Origin: a virus
Lineage: Duplodnaviria > Caudoviricetes
IMG/VR virus record: IMGVR_UViG_3300021091_000001
Location: 1 to 64,000 of that record
Length of the DNA: 64,000 nucleotides
Strand: one strand, 5' to 3'
The first letter of the stretch is position 1. Each line of letters opens with the position of its first letter. Below the pieces are notes generated by a model that had not been told where the DNA came from, did no database searches, and was given only the letters and a program-made list of their open reading frames with translations. This document shows, piece after piece, positions 41,378 through 50,379 of this stretch. Both the position numbers and the translations under genes were made by a program.

Positions 41378-41976
41378 CGAGTATCCTGGATAAGACCAAG
41401 AACATGGCACTTATAACCATGTAACGATGCGGGTTATGTCCCGTAAGTTGTCGTGTGATTAAGATTGGCCTCACCGATCTTAGTCTACCTGTGAGGCAGG
41501 TAGTCCAGGGGAAAGTCTAAGTTGTTAGTCATCTCACAAATAGCATGAGTGTCTGGGGAGATCCCAGAACAGCTGTCCTTCAGCCGATGAAACACTATTT
41601 GTAAAAACTAACTGCAATACACAACTAGCTAATAGCCTGTAGCTTTGACTTGTGTATAAGATTTTGGCTTATACGGTAGATAACTGTAAACCCGTAATAT
41701 AGGAAACTATATTAATCCGATAATACATACGAGGGTTCTTACAAGTAGTATATATTGTCCAGTTAGATCTTTTTGTAGAAGATTGCGTGTATAACGCGTC
41801 TTAAACGACACTGTGGTGTGCCCTATAATACGTCCATGGTCGCAAGACGTTAAAATGCGTAACCTTGGCCTTTGGTACGAGGGTGACATTAGTGTCAGTG
41901 TCTGGTATATGCACAAACAGCGTCGTATCAATATACCATTAAGATCTTTTTAAAAAGTTCATACAAAGGAGAAAAC

Positions 41977-42216
41977 ATGCCAATCACCGAAGAAACCATC
42001 AACGAATACGTCTACAGCAGTGAACAAATGATTGAAAGTCAACGGCAAATGATCGAAAAACTCAAAGAAGCCATTGAACTCAAAAACAAACTGTACAATA
42101 CTGCCATCGAATACGCTCAACTCATCTACAAAGGTCTACAATCAACCAATTCCGAGACCAAAGCCAATGCCATGTGGCACCTAGCCAATCTCGCTCAACA
42201 TGAGGAGACAAAATGA
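41977..42216 (+). CDS. Coiled-coil hypothetical protein
   Basis: AAGGAG RBS. Confidence 0.6.
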   Translation: MPITEETINEYVYSSEQMIESQRQMIEKLKEAIELKNKLYNTAIEYAQLIYKGLQSTNSETKANAMWHLANLAQHEETK

Positions 42217-42443
42217 GGCAACCAATACTTCCATGTATTGTATGCAACAAAAAAATGAATTACCTATGGCCAGAAGAAGAACTAACCAACGTAGATGATG
42301 GAGTTGACTTCTACATGACTGGCTGCTACGGATCCAAATTCGACCTACAGGAATTTACAGCTATCCTCTGCGATACCTGTCTAGAGACTGCCTACAATAA
42401 AGGACATGTAAGGTTCGTTAAAGAATATGACATACTATTCTAA
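42213..42443 (+). CDS. Zinc-binding hypothetical protein
   Basis: CIVC and CDTC; resembles 31331..31681. Confidence 0.6.
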   Translation: MRQPILPCIVCNKKMNYLWPEEELTNVDDGVDFYMTGCYGSKFDLQEFTAILCDTCLETAYNKGHVRFVKEYDILF

Positions 42444-42448
42444 TGTAC

Positions 42449-42486
42449 TTACCAGTGTATATGGCTTAGGCTGTATACACTGGTAA
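42449..42486 (+). terminator. Rho-independent terminator
   Basis: 13-bp stem TTACCAGTGTATA/TATACACTGGTAA then ATATTTTTTT. Confidence 0.75.
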
Positions 42487-42648
42487 ATATTTTTTTCTAT
42501 AGAGCGAGAATCGCCGCAATTAAAACTTTAATTTTAATGCATATGATTCGAGCGATTTATTTCGTCTATGGCTTGCATACAAAGGAACAATATGATATAT
42601 TATTGTTCCCAAGTAAGCTAGTCATATAAAAGGAGAAGTAAAAAGACT

Positions 42649-42864
42649 ATGCCTCGGCAACATCAATCTTCAAGCATGAAGAAAGTCCTTACCGAGTTGT
42701 TGCGGTTAGGATTCACAGTTGAAAGAGCTAAGTCGGGCGTTTATAAAATTGTCCCCCCTCCGACAATTAAAGGCCCTATGTACACAACTCATGGCACAGA
42801 GTCCGCTCTGCACCCAATGAGACGTGACTTTAAAAGAATATATAATATAGATATCCGAGTATGA
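42649..42864 (+). CDS. HicA-like protein
   Basis: 71 aa; LRLGFTVERAKSGVYKIVPP...YTTHGT pattern of HicA-fold proteins. Confidence 0.45.
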   Translation: MPRQHQSSSMKKVLTELLRLGFTVERAKSGVYKIVPPPTIKGPMYTTHGTESALHPMRRDFKRIYNIDIRV

Positions 42865-42885
42865 TTTAAACAGTTTATGCGGGCC

Positions 42886-42934
42886 AATAAAGAGTCGGTG
42901 TAGGTTTGGTGGTCACCTGCATCGACTCTTTATT
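42886..42934 (+). terminator. Long hairpin/terminator
   Basis: AATAAAGAGTCGGTGTAGG/CCTGCATCGACTCTTTATT. Confidence 0.75.
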
Positions 42935-43422
42935 ACTTGCCCCTGAATAATAATATTATTATAATTTTTTATTCTAGGGCGAGAATCGCCGCAAAACAAT
43001 AATGCTATATCTAATATACATATATACATACATAACAGACAATAACAAGACATAATAAAGCATAAAAACCCAATATACCACATTTTTGTTAATTAAAACT
43101 ATTTTTAGGTCCCCTTCCACGTGGGGGCCCAGTTGTAAGGTATATAAACTTGTTATTATCTGTTGGGGATTTTGTCCACGAAGTGGGGCAAAGTGGGGAT
43201 TCAAACAATGCTTAATACATTAGAGATAATGTTGAGGGTTCACAATGTTTCCTGTCAACTTTAATCCTTTAGCAACTTATATTGGTTATATTCATATACG
43301 CATATATTTAAAGTAAGGTTTTGATTTGCGGCGATGTCATATTTTGGATGGTTTTTATTGGCCCATACAAAAAGACGGATACGAGTTATTAATAGATCTA
43401 CCCAATATACAAGGAGCCGTCT

Positions 43423-43659
43423 ATGACAAACGCAATGTATAAGCTAGGTTCATTTGCAGGCAACTCCGCAAACTATCTGAACCGTCGGCGTTCTAAAAAG
43501 CTTGCTTTAAGTTCCTATCTCACAGTAGAAGCAGGCTTCACCACACTATCCATAGCTGCACTGTTATCCACAAAGATGTACCTGTCGGCTATCTTAGGAG
43601 TACTCCTACTAACATTCCTACTCTACGTCACTTATGGCGTACTCACAGAATTGAACTAG
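43423..43659 (+). CDS. Membrane protein
   Basis: AAGGAG RBS; two hydrophobic helices. Confidence 0.6.
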   Translation: MTNAMYKLGSFAGNSANYLNRRRSKKLALSSYLTVEAGFTTLSIAALLSTKMYLSAILGVLLLTFLLYVTYGVLTELN

Positions 43660-43666
43660 ATTACAT

Positions 43667-43798
43667 ATGATTATTCCACCCGAATACCGCATCTCTAAAA
43701 CCAGAGACTTCGAATGGCTTTACGAAAAGATGTACGGTGAAGAACCAATAGACCCATCCGACATTATTGTTACAGATGACCAAGAAGACCCCTTCTAA
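43667..43798 (+). CDS. 43-aa acidic peptide ending DDQEDPF
   Basis: Manual translation; packed between neighbouring ORFs; weak RBS. Confidence 0.4.
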   Translation: MIIPPEYRISKTRDFEWLYEKMYGEEPIDPSDIIVTDDQEDPF

Positions 43799-43850
43799 AT
43801 CTATTCAAAAAAAAAATTATGCGTCGAATTTGGCATGTGAGGGCAAATTT

Positions 43851-44042
43851 ATGGATGTTTGGTCTGTTGTTCAGATGATCGAAGAGCCAAGATATAAAGA
43901 GATTCTTACAGAAGCTCTGCTGGTATATCAAAACCAGTTAGATTTAAACCAACCAAACTTATCTTCTCTGATTAAGATTAAAGATATAGATACTATTCTT
44001 GATATTATTGAAGAATATACTTTAAGACAAAATCTTGTTTGA
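43851..44042 (+). CDS. Hypothetical protein
   Basis: GAGG RBS, start set at MDVWSVVQ. Confidence 0.5.
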   Translation: MDVWSVVQMIEEPRYKEILTEALLVYQNQLDLNQPNLSSLIKIKDIDTILDIIEEYTLRQNLV

Positions 44043-44180
44043 AGTTGAATTTGGTTCGTATAAAAGACCGGAAAACGTTTTGGTTGACGATTTGAACTGA
44101 GTTGATTTTATCCCCTCCTTTGATCAACTCCTGAACACAGTCCCTCAGACATCAGTAGCCGTTTAATATCAACCTTAACG

Positions 44181-44224
44181 AGCTAGTCCCTGGTTGCAGT
44201 TCCCCCTACAGCCAGGGACTGGCT
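44181..44224 (+). terminator. Hairpin/terminator
   Basis: AGCTAGTCCCTGGTTGCAG/CTACAGCCAGGGACTGGCT then pyrimidine run. Confidence 0.6.
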
Positions 44225-44265
44225 CTTCCTACTTTTTTATTTTATAAAGGGATGAGATTATTACT

Positions 44266-44709
44266 ATGATATTATCGCAGGAAACTATTGACGAAATATT
44301 GTCTGTTCATCACACTCTGTGGGATGCATTGACGACAAGTTGTCCAAATCCTTGTGTTACATACAATAATGAAACATATGATGTACGCATTCCTCCTCAT
44401 GGAGGATACGCTTCAGCTATTTTACCCAACAAGAATGGTACTCCGTTCTTGTGGATAACTCAGAACTTAAACAAAACATCTTATGGTACTTTGCAGATTG
44501 AGCGTCAAGCCAAACTAAACAATGACCATAGGATTAGCTGGATTGTCGACACTCGCAATGGTGGCTTTAAATATATCTTTAATATATCCACAACCACCAA
44601 CGACACTGGTCATTGTATCAATGGTACAATTGAGATGTATGACCAGTTCGGTACATCCACAGTATGGTCGACTAACCCACTTATGATTAGTAAGAAATCG
44701 GAATTTTAA
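44266..44709 (+). CDS. Hypothetical protein
   Basis: 147 aa ORF. Confidence 0.6.
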   Translation: MILSQETIDEILSVHHTLWDALTTSCPNPCVTYNNETYDVRIPPHGGYASAILPNKNGTPFLWITQNLNKTSYGTLQIERQAKLNNDHRISWIVDTRNGGFKYIFNISTTTNDTGHCINGTIEMYDQFGTSTVWSTNPLMISKKSEF

Positions 44710-44961
44710 ATGGACAACATTACCAGTCTTGAAGAACAAATTGGTGTGCTAGAAGCGGATTTTCTTCGCTCTTTTTCAGAGTTCGAGAACATACTTTCAA
44801 AGTATCACGACCAACTCTTTACACTCAGTTTTACTCAAGACAAAGAGCCACAGATTCAGGCTATTAGCCGTGGACTCAAGTCTATGGCATTAGGGCTTTC
44901 TGCTCTTGCAGAAGCCTTTCCTGTTATGTGTCAAGCTCGAGGACTTAATGTCCCTGATTAA
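44710..44961 (+). CDS. Hypothetical helical protein
   Basis: 83 aa, abuts upstream ORF. Confidence 0.55.
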   Translation: MDNITSLEEQIGVLEADFLRSFSEFENILSKYHDQLFTLSFTQDKEPQIQAISRGLKSMALGLSALAEAFPVMCQARGLNVPD

Positions 44962-45147
44962 AAATTTGTTAAATCCTTCATTTTATACGACTTGATCTGT
45001 TTTTATACTATATAATATATATGCTTTGTAATGATAGTTTTTTAAAAACTTTAGATATTTTAGTTTTTAACTAAGATATCTAACTATTATTATATATGTT
45101 TATATACTACAAATAACAAACAAATCACCTCATAGAGGAGTATCAAA

Positions 45148-45390
45148 ATGCCAAGAGGTAAAACAAATGCGATTGAACAGCTTATCAATACCAAGTACAG
45201 CAGCGGAGTTGAAATCACTGTTGCTGACTTTGCAGCAGAAATTGGTTGCACTGTTCAAAACGTTTATATCTACATCCGAAAGAATCCTTCTCGATTCTCT
45301 CAAATTCGTAGAGGCTTATATCAAATTCATCCATCTGTGCCTAACACTGCTCACCAAAGCGGCAGTGGCGGCATGAGTATGAATGCTTAA
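45148..45390 (+). CDS. Helix-turn-helix DNA-binding protein
   Basis: ITVADFAAEIGCTVQNVYIYI HTH pattern, RRGLY wing; GAGGAG RBS. Confidence 0.7.
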   Translation: MPRGKTNAIEQLINTKYSSGVEITVADFAAEIGCTVQNVYIYIRKNPSRFSQIRRGLYQIHPSVPNTAHQSGSGGMSMNA

Positions 45391-45602
45391 TTTACTTTAA
45401 TATTGTTGACCAAAACTTTGTATTATTTTAATTTAAAGTTACTATTTATAGAACGTAATTAGATTATTACGAAGCGCAGGAGTACAATGTCTTAATGTAG
45501 ATGTGTCCCCGAGCGACTGCCCGAAGGGCAGAAGCCGGGGACATACCATCTTGTAAGAGATGTATTCCTTTTTCCATTTTATGTTAGCCTTTGGAGGTTG
45601 TC

Positions 45603-45794
45603 ATGAAAAAGTCAAAGTCAGTTAATGACTTCAATGATTTAAATGACAAACAGTATAAAGCTATACTCTTGCTTGTAAAGCTAGTGTCATCTTTGTCTGT
45701 TGAGGTCCATGACCTCACCAAAGAGTTAAAAAGACAATCACAATTAATTGATCGTCTTTTGGCTAACACTCCATTGGAGGAAGACCCTGTTTAG
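45603..45794 (+). CDS. Coiled-coil hypothetical protein
   Basis: GGAGG RBS. Confidence 0.5.
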   Translation: MKKSKSVNDFNDLNDKQYKAILLLVKLVSSLSVEVHDLTKELKRQSQLIDRLLANTPLEEDPV

Positions 45795-45796
45795 TT

Positions 45797-45826
45797 TTGA
45801 CCACACTATCACCAATATGATACAAT
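45797..45826 (+). promoter_or_regulatory. Sigma70/SigA-type promoter
   Basis: TTGACC-N18-TACAAT with extended -10 TGn. Confidence 0.6.
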
Positions 45827-46025
45827 ATACCATGCCCGTTAGCAGCGGGCAGGGGGAAGTTCCCCTATCTAATAGATAGTGATATCTAGAAGTCGGAGAG
45901 GCAACCTTGCCACTGTGATGGGCATCTCGTATGTGTCCATGCAATCTTCGGTTTCGCAAACCTGCGCGATGATAATGCTAGTCGGATTATTGACTAGCAG
46001 AAACAGACGAAAGGAGCGATACCAA

Positions 46026-46859
46026 ATGCGCATACTTAAAACATTAATTATATCATTAATTATAATAACTTCATTAACATTTGCCAGTTCTGCCAATGCT
46101 TCAGCTTGGGAGTATGTCACCTTCAGAATGGGTGCACCCGCTAGCTACTGGAAAGATGTAGCTCAATGTCAGGCTGGCAACAAAAATCAGGTCAACTGGA
46201 AACAGCTTGGTATACAATCTGGAGGACTTCAGATTCATACCAATTCTTCTTTCGGTCAACCCGATATGGGCATATGGGAGCAATATGGTGGTGAGCAATT
46301 TGCGCCATCTCCAGATAAAGCATCTGTGGATCAGCAGATTATTATTGCCAACCGTATTGCTATCACAGGCTTCAAAACCAAACAAATTAACAGCTTTACC
46401 ATTAGGCCATTAAGAGATGTTTATATTAAACATCCTCTTGGTTTTAATCATTGGTCATGTATTGCAACTAGTGAGCTTGATTCATATTCCAAAATTGAAT
46501 ACACTGTAAGAATATCTACTGATCCAACTTTCTCATGTCCTAAATATGAGAACTTGTTCAGAAAATATGGTTTACCACCCAAGGTATTTTCCTATATTGC
46601 TTACAGAGAATCACGTTGCAATACTAATGCTGTTAACGCTAGGTGGAAAGATGGTAAACTCATCTGGACATTAAATAATAACAAAACTTATGATTCTGGG
46701 TTGTTACAAATCAATTCATCTTGGATTGGAACACTCAAGAGAGAGTTTGGTTATTCTTCATCTGATTTATTTAAAGCAGATGTTAATGCCCGATTTGCCA
46801 GCTGGATACTTAACAATACATCAGGTAGATTGCGTAACTGGTCTCTGTACGCAAAATAG
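46026..46859 (+). CDS. Secreted protein with Rpf-like domain plus SLT lytic-transglycosylase domain
   Basis: Signal peptide; WKDVAQCQAG..GGLQI..WEQYGGEQFAPSPDKASVDQQIIIA (Rpf-like); IAYRESRCN..DSGLLQIN (SLT); AAGGAG RBS. Confidence 0.8.
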   Translation: MRILKTLIISLIIITSLTFASSANASAWEYVTFRMGAPASYWKDVAQCQAGNKNQVNWKQLGIQSGGLQIHTNSSFGQPDMGIWEQYGGEQFAPSPDKASVDQQIIIANRIAITGFKTKQINSFTIRPLRDVYIKHPLGFNHWSCIATSELDSYSKIEYTVRISTDPTFSCPKYENLFRKYGLPPKVFSYIAYRESRCNTNAVNARWKDGKLIWTLNNNKTYDSGLLQINSSWIGTLKREFGYSSSDLFKADVNARFASWILNNTSGRLRNWSLYAK

Positions 46860-46907
46860 TTTGTACAGAAAATTGACCACTCCATCCATATCAATTAGGA
46901 GATTACA

Positions 46908-47252
46908 ATGGCGTTTGTCCCAAGCATTGAAACACAAGTTAGTAAGAATCCTCGAAAGTTTGCGATGGCTCAGCCATCCAAGCTTTTGACAAAGATTAAA
47001 GGTGAGCCGCCCTTCAACATTTCAAAGGGCAGACGGCGTAACCCTGTCAACACTACAATTTACAACGAGCTCATCGCTAATCGTAACGAATGGTTCCATG
47101 TGAATGTTCAAATTGTTGACAAAAAGCAGCTTGCATCTATCCGTTCATCGCTTTCATTCCGTGCTAGGAAGGATAATCTTACACTTGCCACTGCTTCACT
47201 CTTCAATGAAGAAACGCAGACCATTGATCTTTGGGTTATGCTCGTAGCGTAA
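46908..47252 (+). CDS. Hypothetical basic protein
   Basis: AGGAG RBS, 114 aa. Confidence 0.6.
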   Translation: MAFVPSIETQVSKNPRKFAMAQPSKLLTKIKGEPPFNISKGRRRNPVNTTIYNELIANRNEWFHVNVQIVDKKQLASIRSSLSFRARKDNLTLATASLFNEETQTIDLWVMLVA

Positions 47253-47667
47253 CCTAAAGACCAATTATTATTGCGTTATCGTAATTTCTTTGAAGTTCAT
47301 ATCTTACTTCGTCTCGTTATTAAACTATATTCGATGCGCTGTAAGTTACAGGGATGGCCGTAAGCCCTGGTAAAATGAACGGACGGAGTTTGCATGTTCT
47401 CTGCACAAAAACATGCACATCATGCACACGGTTTTTCTATTTGTAAACTTTCTTTTTTGTTCATACAGAAAAGAAGGGAATAGTCACATTTATTAGGGAG
47501 AAGCTGATGCCTTTTAAATCTGTTGTTGATATCGTCATATTTTCAACTATATGTTTTTTTCTTTTGTCTTGGTATGTTATCAACGCCAGCGATTACAAAA
47601 AGAAAAAGAAAAATAAACCTTAGTTGTTTATACAAAATATTGATCCATCTACCTACATAGGAGAATC

Positions 47668-48117
47668 ATGTTTGCTTTCGCTATTATGCTAGCTGTTGCT
47701 TCAACTATTGTAGAAATGATGTTTGCTGCTAATTTTCCGACTTGGCGTCGCCTTGCTTATGAATTCAAATGGTTTAATATGATTATTTCAATCATGTTGT
47801 CATTTCTCATTGGCTTGGCGTTCGGTGCTGCTGGTTTGATTGCCATGACTGCAGGCTTGATTTCTACAGTGTTATCAATTCCAGGTTATGCTTTCTTGCA
47901 CTGGAATTGTGACACTCCTAAAGCTCAAACTCTTGGCACCACTAGAACTAATTATATAAAGACCAAGACTAAAACTAAATTTGCTAAAGGCAAAGAACTT
48001 GCTTCTGACTTGGGAAAGGTTGCTTACGCTACTGGAAAAGTTATTACTGCTCCTATTTGGATTCCACGTAAAGCATCCCACAAGTACAAAGCATTTAAAG
48101 CTAGGTATAATTCATAA
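47668..48117 (+). CDS. Membrane protein
   Basis: AGGAG RBS; three hydrophobic helices, basic C-terminus. Confidence 0.65.
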   Translation: MFAFAIMLAVASTIVEMMFAANFPTWRRLAYEFKWFNMIISIMLSFLIGLAFGAAGLIAMTAGLISTVLSIPGYAFLHWNCDTPKAQTLGTTRTNYIKTKTKTKFAKGKELASDLGKVAYATGKVITAPIWIPRKASHKYKAFKARYNS

Positions 48118-48149
48118 AACAAATAACATTTAATATTATATATTAGGAG

Positions 48150-48908
48150 ATGATTGGCTTGTCCACACAATCAACACTCGATGACGCTTCTATTCGTAGA
48201 ATTATTGCTTCCTATAATAAGGTATACGATGCTCGCGTTGCAATTGAAGCAATTGCAGCCAATGGAGAATCAAATTCCTACATTGATCGTATTCTTGAAG
48301 TTACAGAATCCGTTGACCTTATTGTCAAGCGACCTTTGTCTAATCGCGTAACAAAATTTATTGTTGGCAAATGGTCAATGTCACAAATCGGTGTTGGACC
48401 TGTATTTACTGCAGGTCTAATGTCTTACATTGATGTCACTAAAGCCAAGACAGCTACATCAGTCTGGCGTTATGCTGGATTTGATCCTACATTTAATTCA
48501 TCTACTCGCATGTCATATAACGGCGATCTTAAAAATATTTGTTTAAAGATTGGTCATAGTTTTTCTCGAAACGTTGATAAGAAAAATGCTTTTTATGGCA
48601 AACTTTATTTGCAGGATAAAATTCGTCGTGTTCGCAACAATGAAAATGGCGAATATGCAGAACACGCATATGAAACACTTATCAATGTAAATTCGAAGAA
48701 TAAGGATACTATTGCTATTCTACAATCTGGTAAGTTGCCTGATGAACAAATTGAACAACAAGCTCGTAGATTTGCAGTAAAAATTTTTCTTAGTCATTAT
48801 CACACAATAGCATATCAGGAACATTACGGAACTGCTCCTTATCGTCCTAACTCTATCACTATTGATGGAATTGAACAACATATTGAAATTCCCAACAATC
48901 CATTCTAA
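48150..48908 (+). CDS. IS110/Nop-domain protein lacking the RuvC-like domain (TasA-like)
   Basis: GKWSMSQIGVGPVFTAGLMSYIDV, VWRYAGFDP, YNGDLKNICLKIGHSF, FYGKLY, QARRFAVKIFLSHYH; only a short helical N-terminus. Confidence 0.72.
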   Translation: MIGLSTQSTLDDASIRRIIASYNKVYDARVAIEAIAANGESNSYIDRILEVTESVDLIVKRPLSNRVTKFIVGKWSMSQIGVGPVFTAGLMSYIDVTKAKTATSVWRYAGFDPTFNSSTRMSYNGDLKNICLKIGHSFSRNVDKKNAFYGKLYLQDKIRRVRNNENGEYAEHAYETLINVNSKNKDTIAILQSGKLPDEQIEQQARRFAVKIFLSHYHTIAYQEHYGTAPYRPNSITIDGIEQHIEIPNNPF

Positions 48909-48916
48909 GGAGTTTT

Positions 48917-49501
48917 ATGTTTAATCACATTACAACAATTAGTCCAGAGCGAGTTGCTAAGGCCATCAAATACTTTGATAATAACATCGAACCACTCCTT
49001 GGTACAGATGTTTCTAGCTATGCTCCTGGACGTCGTCGTATATGGTTTCCTTACGAAGCTCCTTTGAGCAATAATCGTACCTTTGAGCTTGCTCTTCCTG
49101 ACCAAAAGATTTGGGCATTTGTCAAAAACATTTGTGCATCTTTTGGTTGGGAGCCTGAGCTTGCTCTTATCTCTAAAGGTGGAGAAATTTCTGCACACCG
49201 AGATGCAGCTTATGCTGATTTCCGATCTATCGGAATCAATCTTGGTTCTGTCACTTGGTGTTATGAAAGAATTTATCCAGCATTTGGATGGGCTGAGCCG
49301 TCCAAATGCATCGATCCTTCCGAGATAACTAAGGTACCCATGACTGGTGGAGAAGTCTTTGAGTTCAATTGTAAAAATCCACATTGGACTGAGGACGTTG
49401 ATCCTAACCGTTGGGCTATTAACGCTTGGAGAATTTCTGCTAAGAAACGAATTGAATTTACCGATTTTCTCAAATCGTTGACTGTTCATACAAAAGAATG
49501 A
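48917..49501 (+). CDS. 2OG-Fe(II) oxygenase (AlkB-like fold)
   Basis: GRRRIWF, ISAHRDA (HxD), SINLG-like GINLGS, PHWT and RWAINAW motifs. Confidence 0.7.
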   Translation: MFNHITTISPERVAKAIKYFDNNIEPLLGTDVSSYAPGRRRIWFPYEAPLSNNRTFELALPDQKIWAFVKNICASFGWEPELALISKGGEISAHRDAAYADFRSIGINLGSVTWCYERIYPAFGWAEPSKCIDPSEITKVPMTGGEVFEFNCKNPHWTEDVDPNRWAINAWRISAKKRIEFTDFLKSLTVHTKE

Positions 49502-49528
49502 CACAATTGACCCTACAAGGAACATTTT

Positions 49529-49933
49529 ATGACTAAAGAAAGTACTTTGCCCACCGACTGGAAGAACTGCTATCTTGTTTTTCATGGAGCAGCAGATGAG
49601 AATGGCTATGGCGATTCTCTCTATGCTCGTTCTCTTCAAGGTTTTAACCGCAAGAAAAATGGAAACACAAATGGCCCAGATTTTTATTCCATCCGTTCTT
49701 CTAGCTATGGAATCAAAGTTCCTACCGCAGCAGTAGGTTGGGCTATTGTTCGCATGACCAGTAGCACTGTCAAAACTCTTGTTATAGGTGAGATTCCTCA
49801 GCCCATGACTAAGGTTGTTCAAACTCTTTCTGATGGACGTGCTATTTATATGCGTCGTTCTGAGGCGAACATGTGGTTCACGATTACTGTTGAAAACGTT
49901 CATGCTAAGATTCCTCTTCACGTGGAATCTTAA
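49529..49933 (+). CDS. Hypothetical protein
   Basis: AAGGA RBS, 134 aa. Confidence 0.6.
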   Translation: MTKESTLPTDWKNCYLVFHGAADENGYGDSLYARSLQGFNRKKNGNTNGPDFYSIRSSSYGIKVPTAAVGWAIVRMTSSTVKTLVIGEIPQPMTKVVQTLSDGRAIYMRRSEANMWFTITVENVHAKIPLHVES

Positions 49934-50094
49934 TAAGATCTTTGGAGTTAAATGAATGTAGGTTGTGGTGAACTTACTCCGTTGTCACCATTCCAAAGAA
50001 GGTAAGTCATATGCCTTCCTTTCGCTCAGCGCCAGCCTGAGTCAAATATGACAGCTGGCATTTAAATTATATTTATCCTATTAAGGAGGATAAT

Positions 50095-50379
50095 ATGTAT
50101 ACACTGGCGCTTGCAGTCTTCCTTGGACTCATCGCTTCGCAAGTTACAGCATTTGCCTTGGTCAATGTTCCCGCATTGGAAAAGGTTCCTGTTTTGCGAA
50201 ATGGTGATAACTGGTTTATTGCGGTTTCCATTCTTGTTGTTTGGCTCACTAACACAAGCATTCTTGGTGCTTATGGTATTGCTTCAAACGCTGAGTGGAT
50301 TGACACTGTTGGTTCTGGTCTTGTTGTTGCAGGACTGGCCAATGTGACAAACGCCCTTGTCAATTCATTTGACAAGTAA
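50095..50379 (+). CDS. Small multi-pass membrane protein (holin-like topology)
   Basis: AAGGAGG RBS; three hydrophobic segments. Confidence 0.6.
   Translation: MYTLALAVFLGLIASQVTAFALVNVPALEKVPVLRNGDNWFIAVSILVVWLTNTSILGAYGIASNAEWIDTVGSGLVVAGLANVTNALVNSFDK

Noticed and set aside
45830-46025. ydaO (c-di-AMP) or c-di-GMP-I riboswitch
   Set aside because: Conserved GCTGAA/GGAA/GGGTGAA and GGCAAAC..GAAA patterns not found
48150-48908. Active IS110 insertion sequence
   Set aside because: No N-terminal RuvC-like DEDD domain and no element boundaries; embedded in an operon with normal RBS
48905-49921. 338-aa minus-strand ORF
   Set aside because: Antisense to two well-supported plus-strand genes; same reasoning for 34855..35310, 38185..38616 and 40316..41002
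47250-50100. TIGR array beside the TasA-like gene
   Set aside because: No periodic CCA-N9-TG units seen by eye in flanking intergenic DNA; isolated near-matches are not tandem
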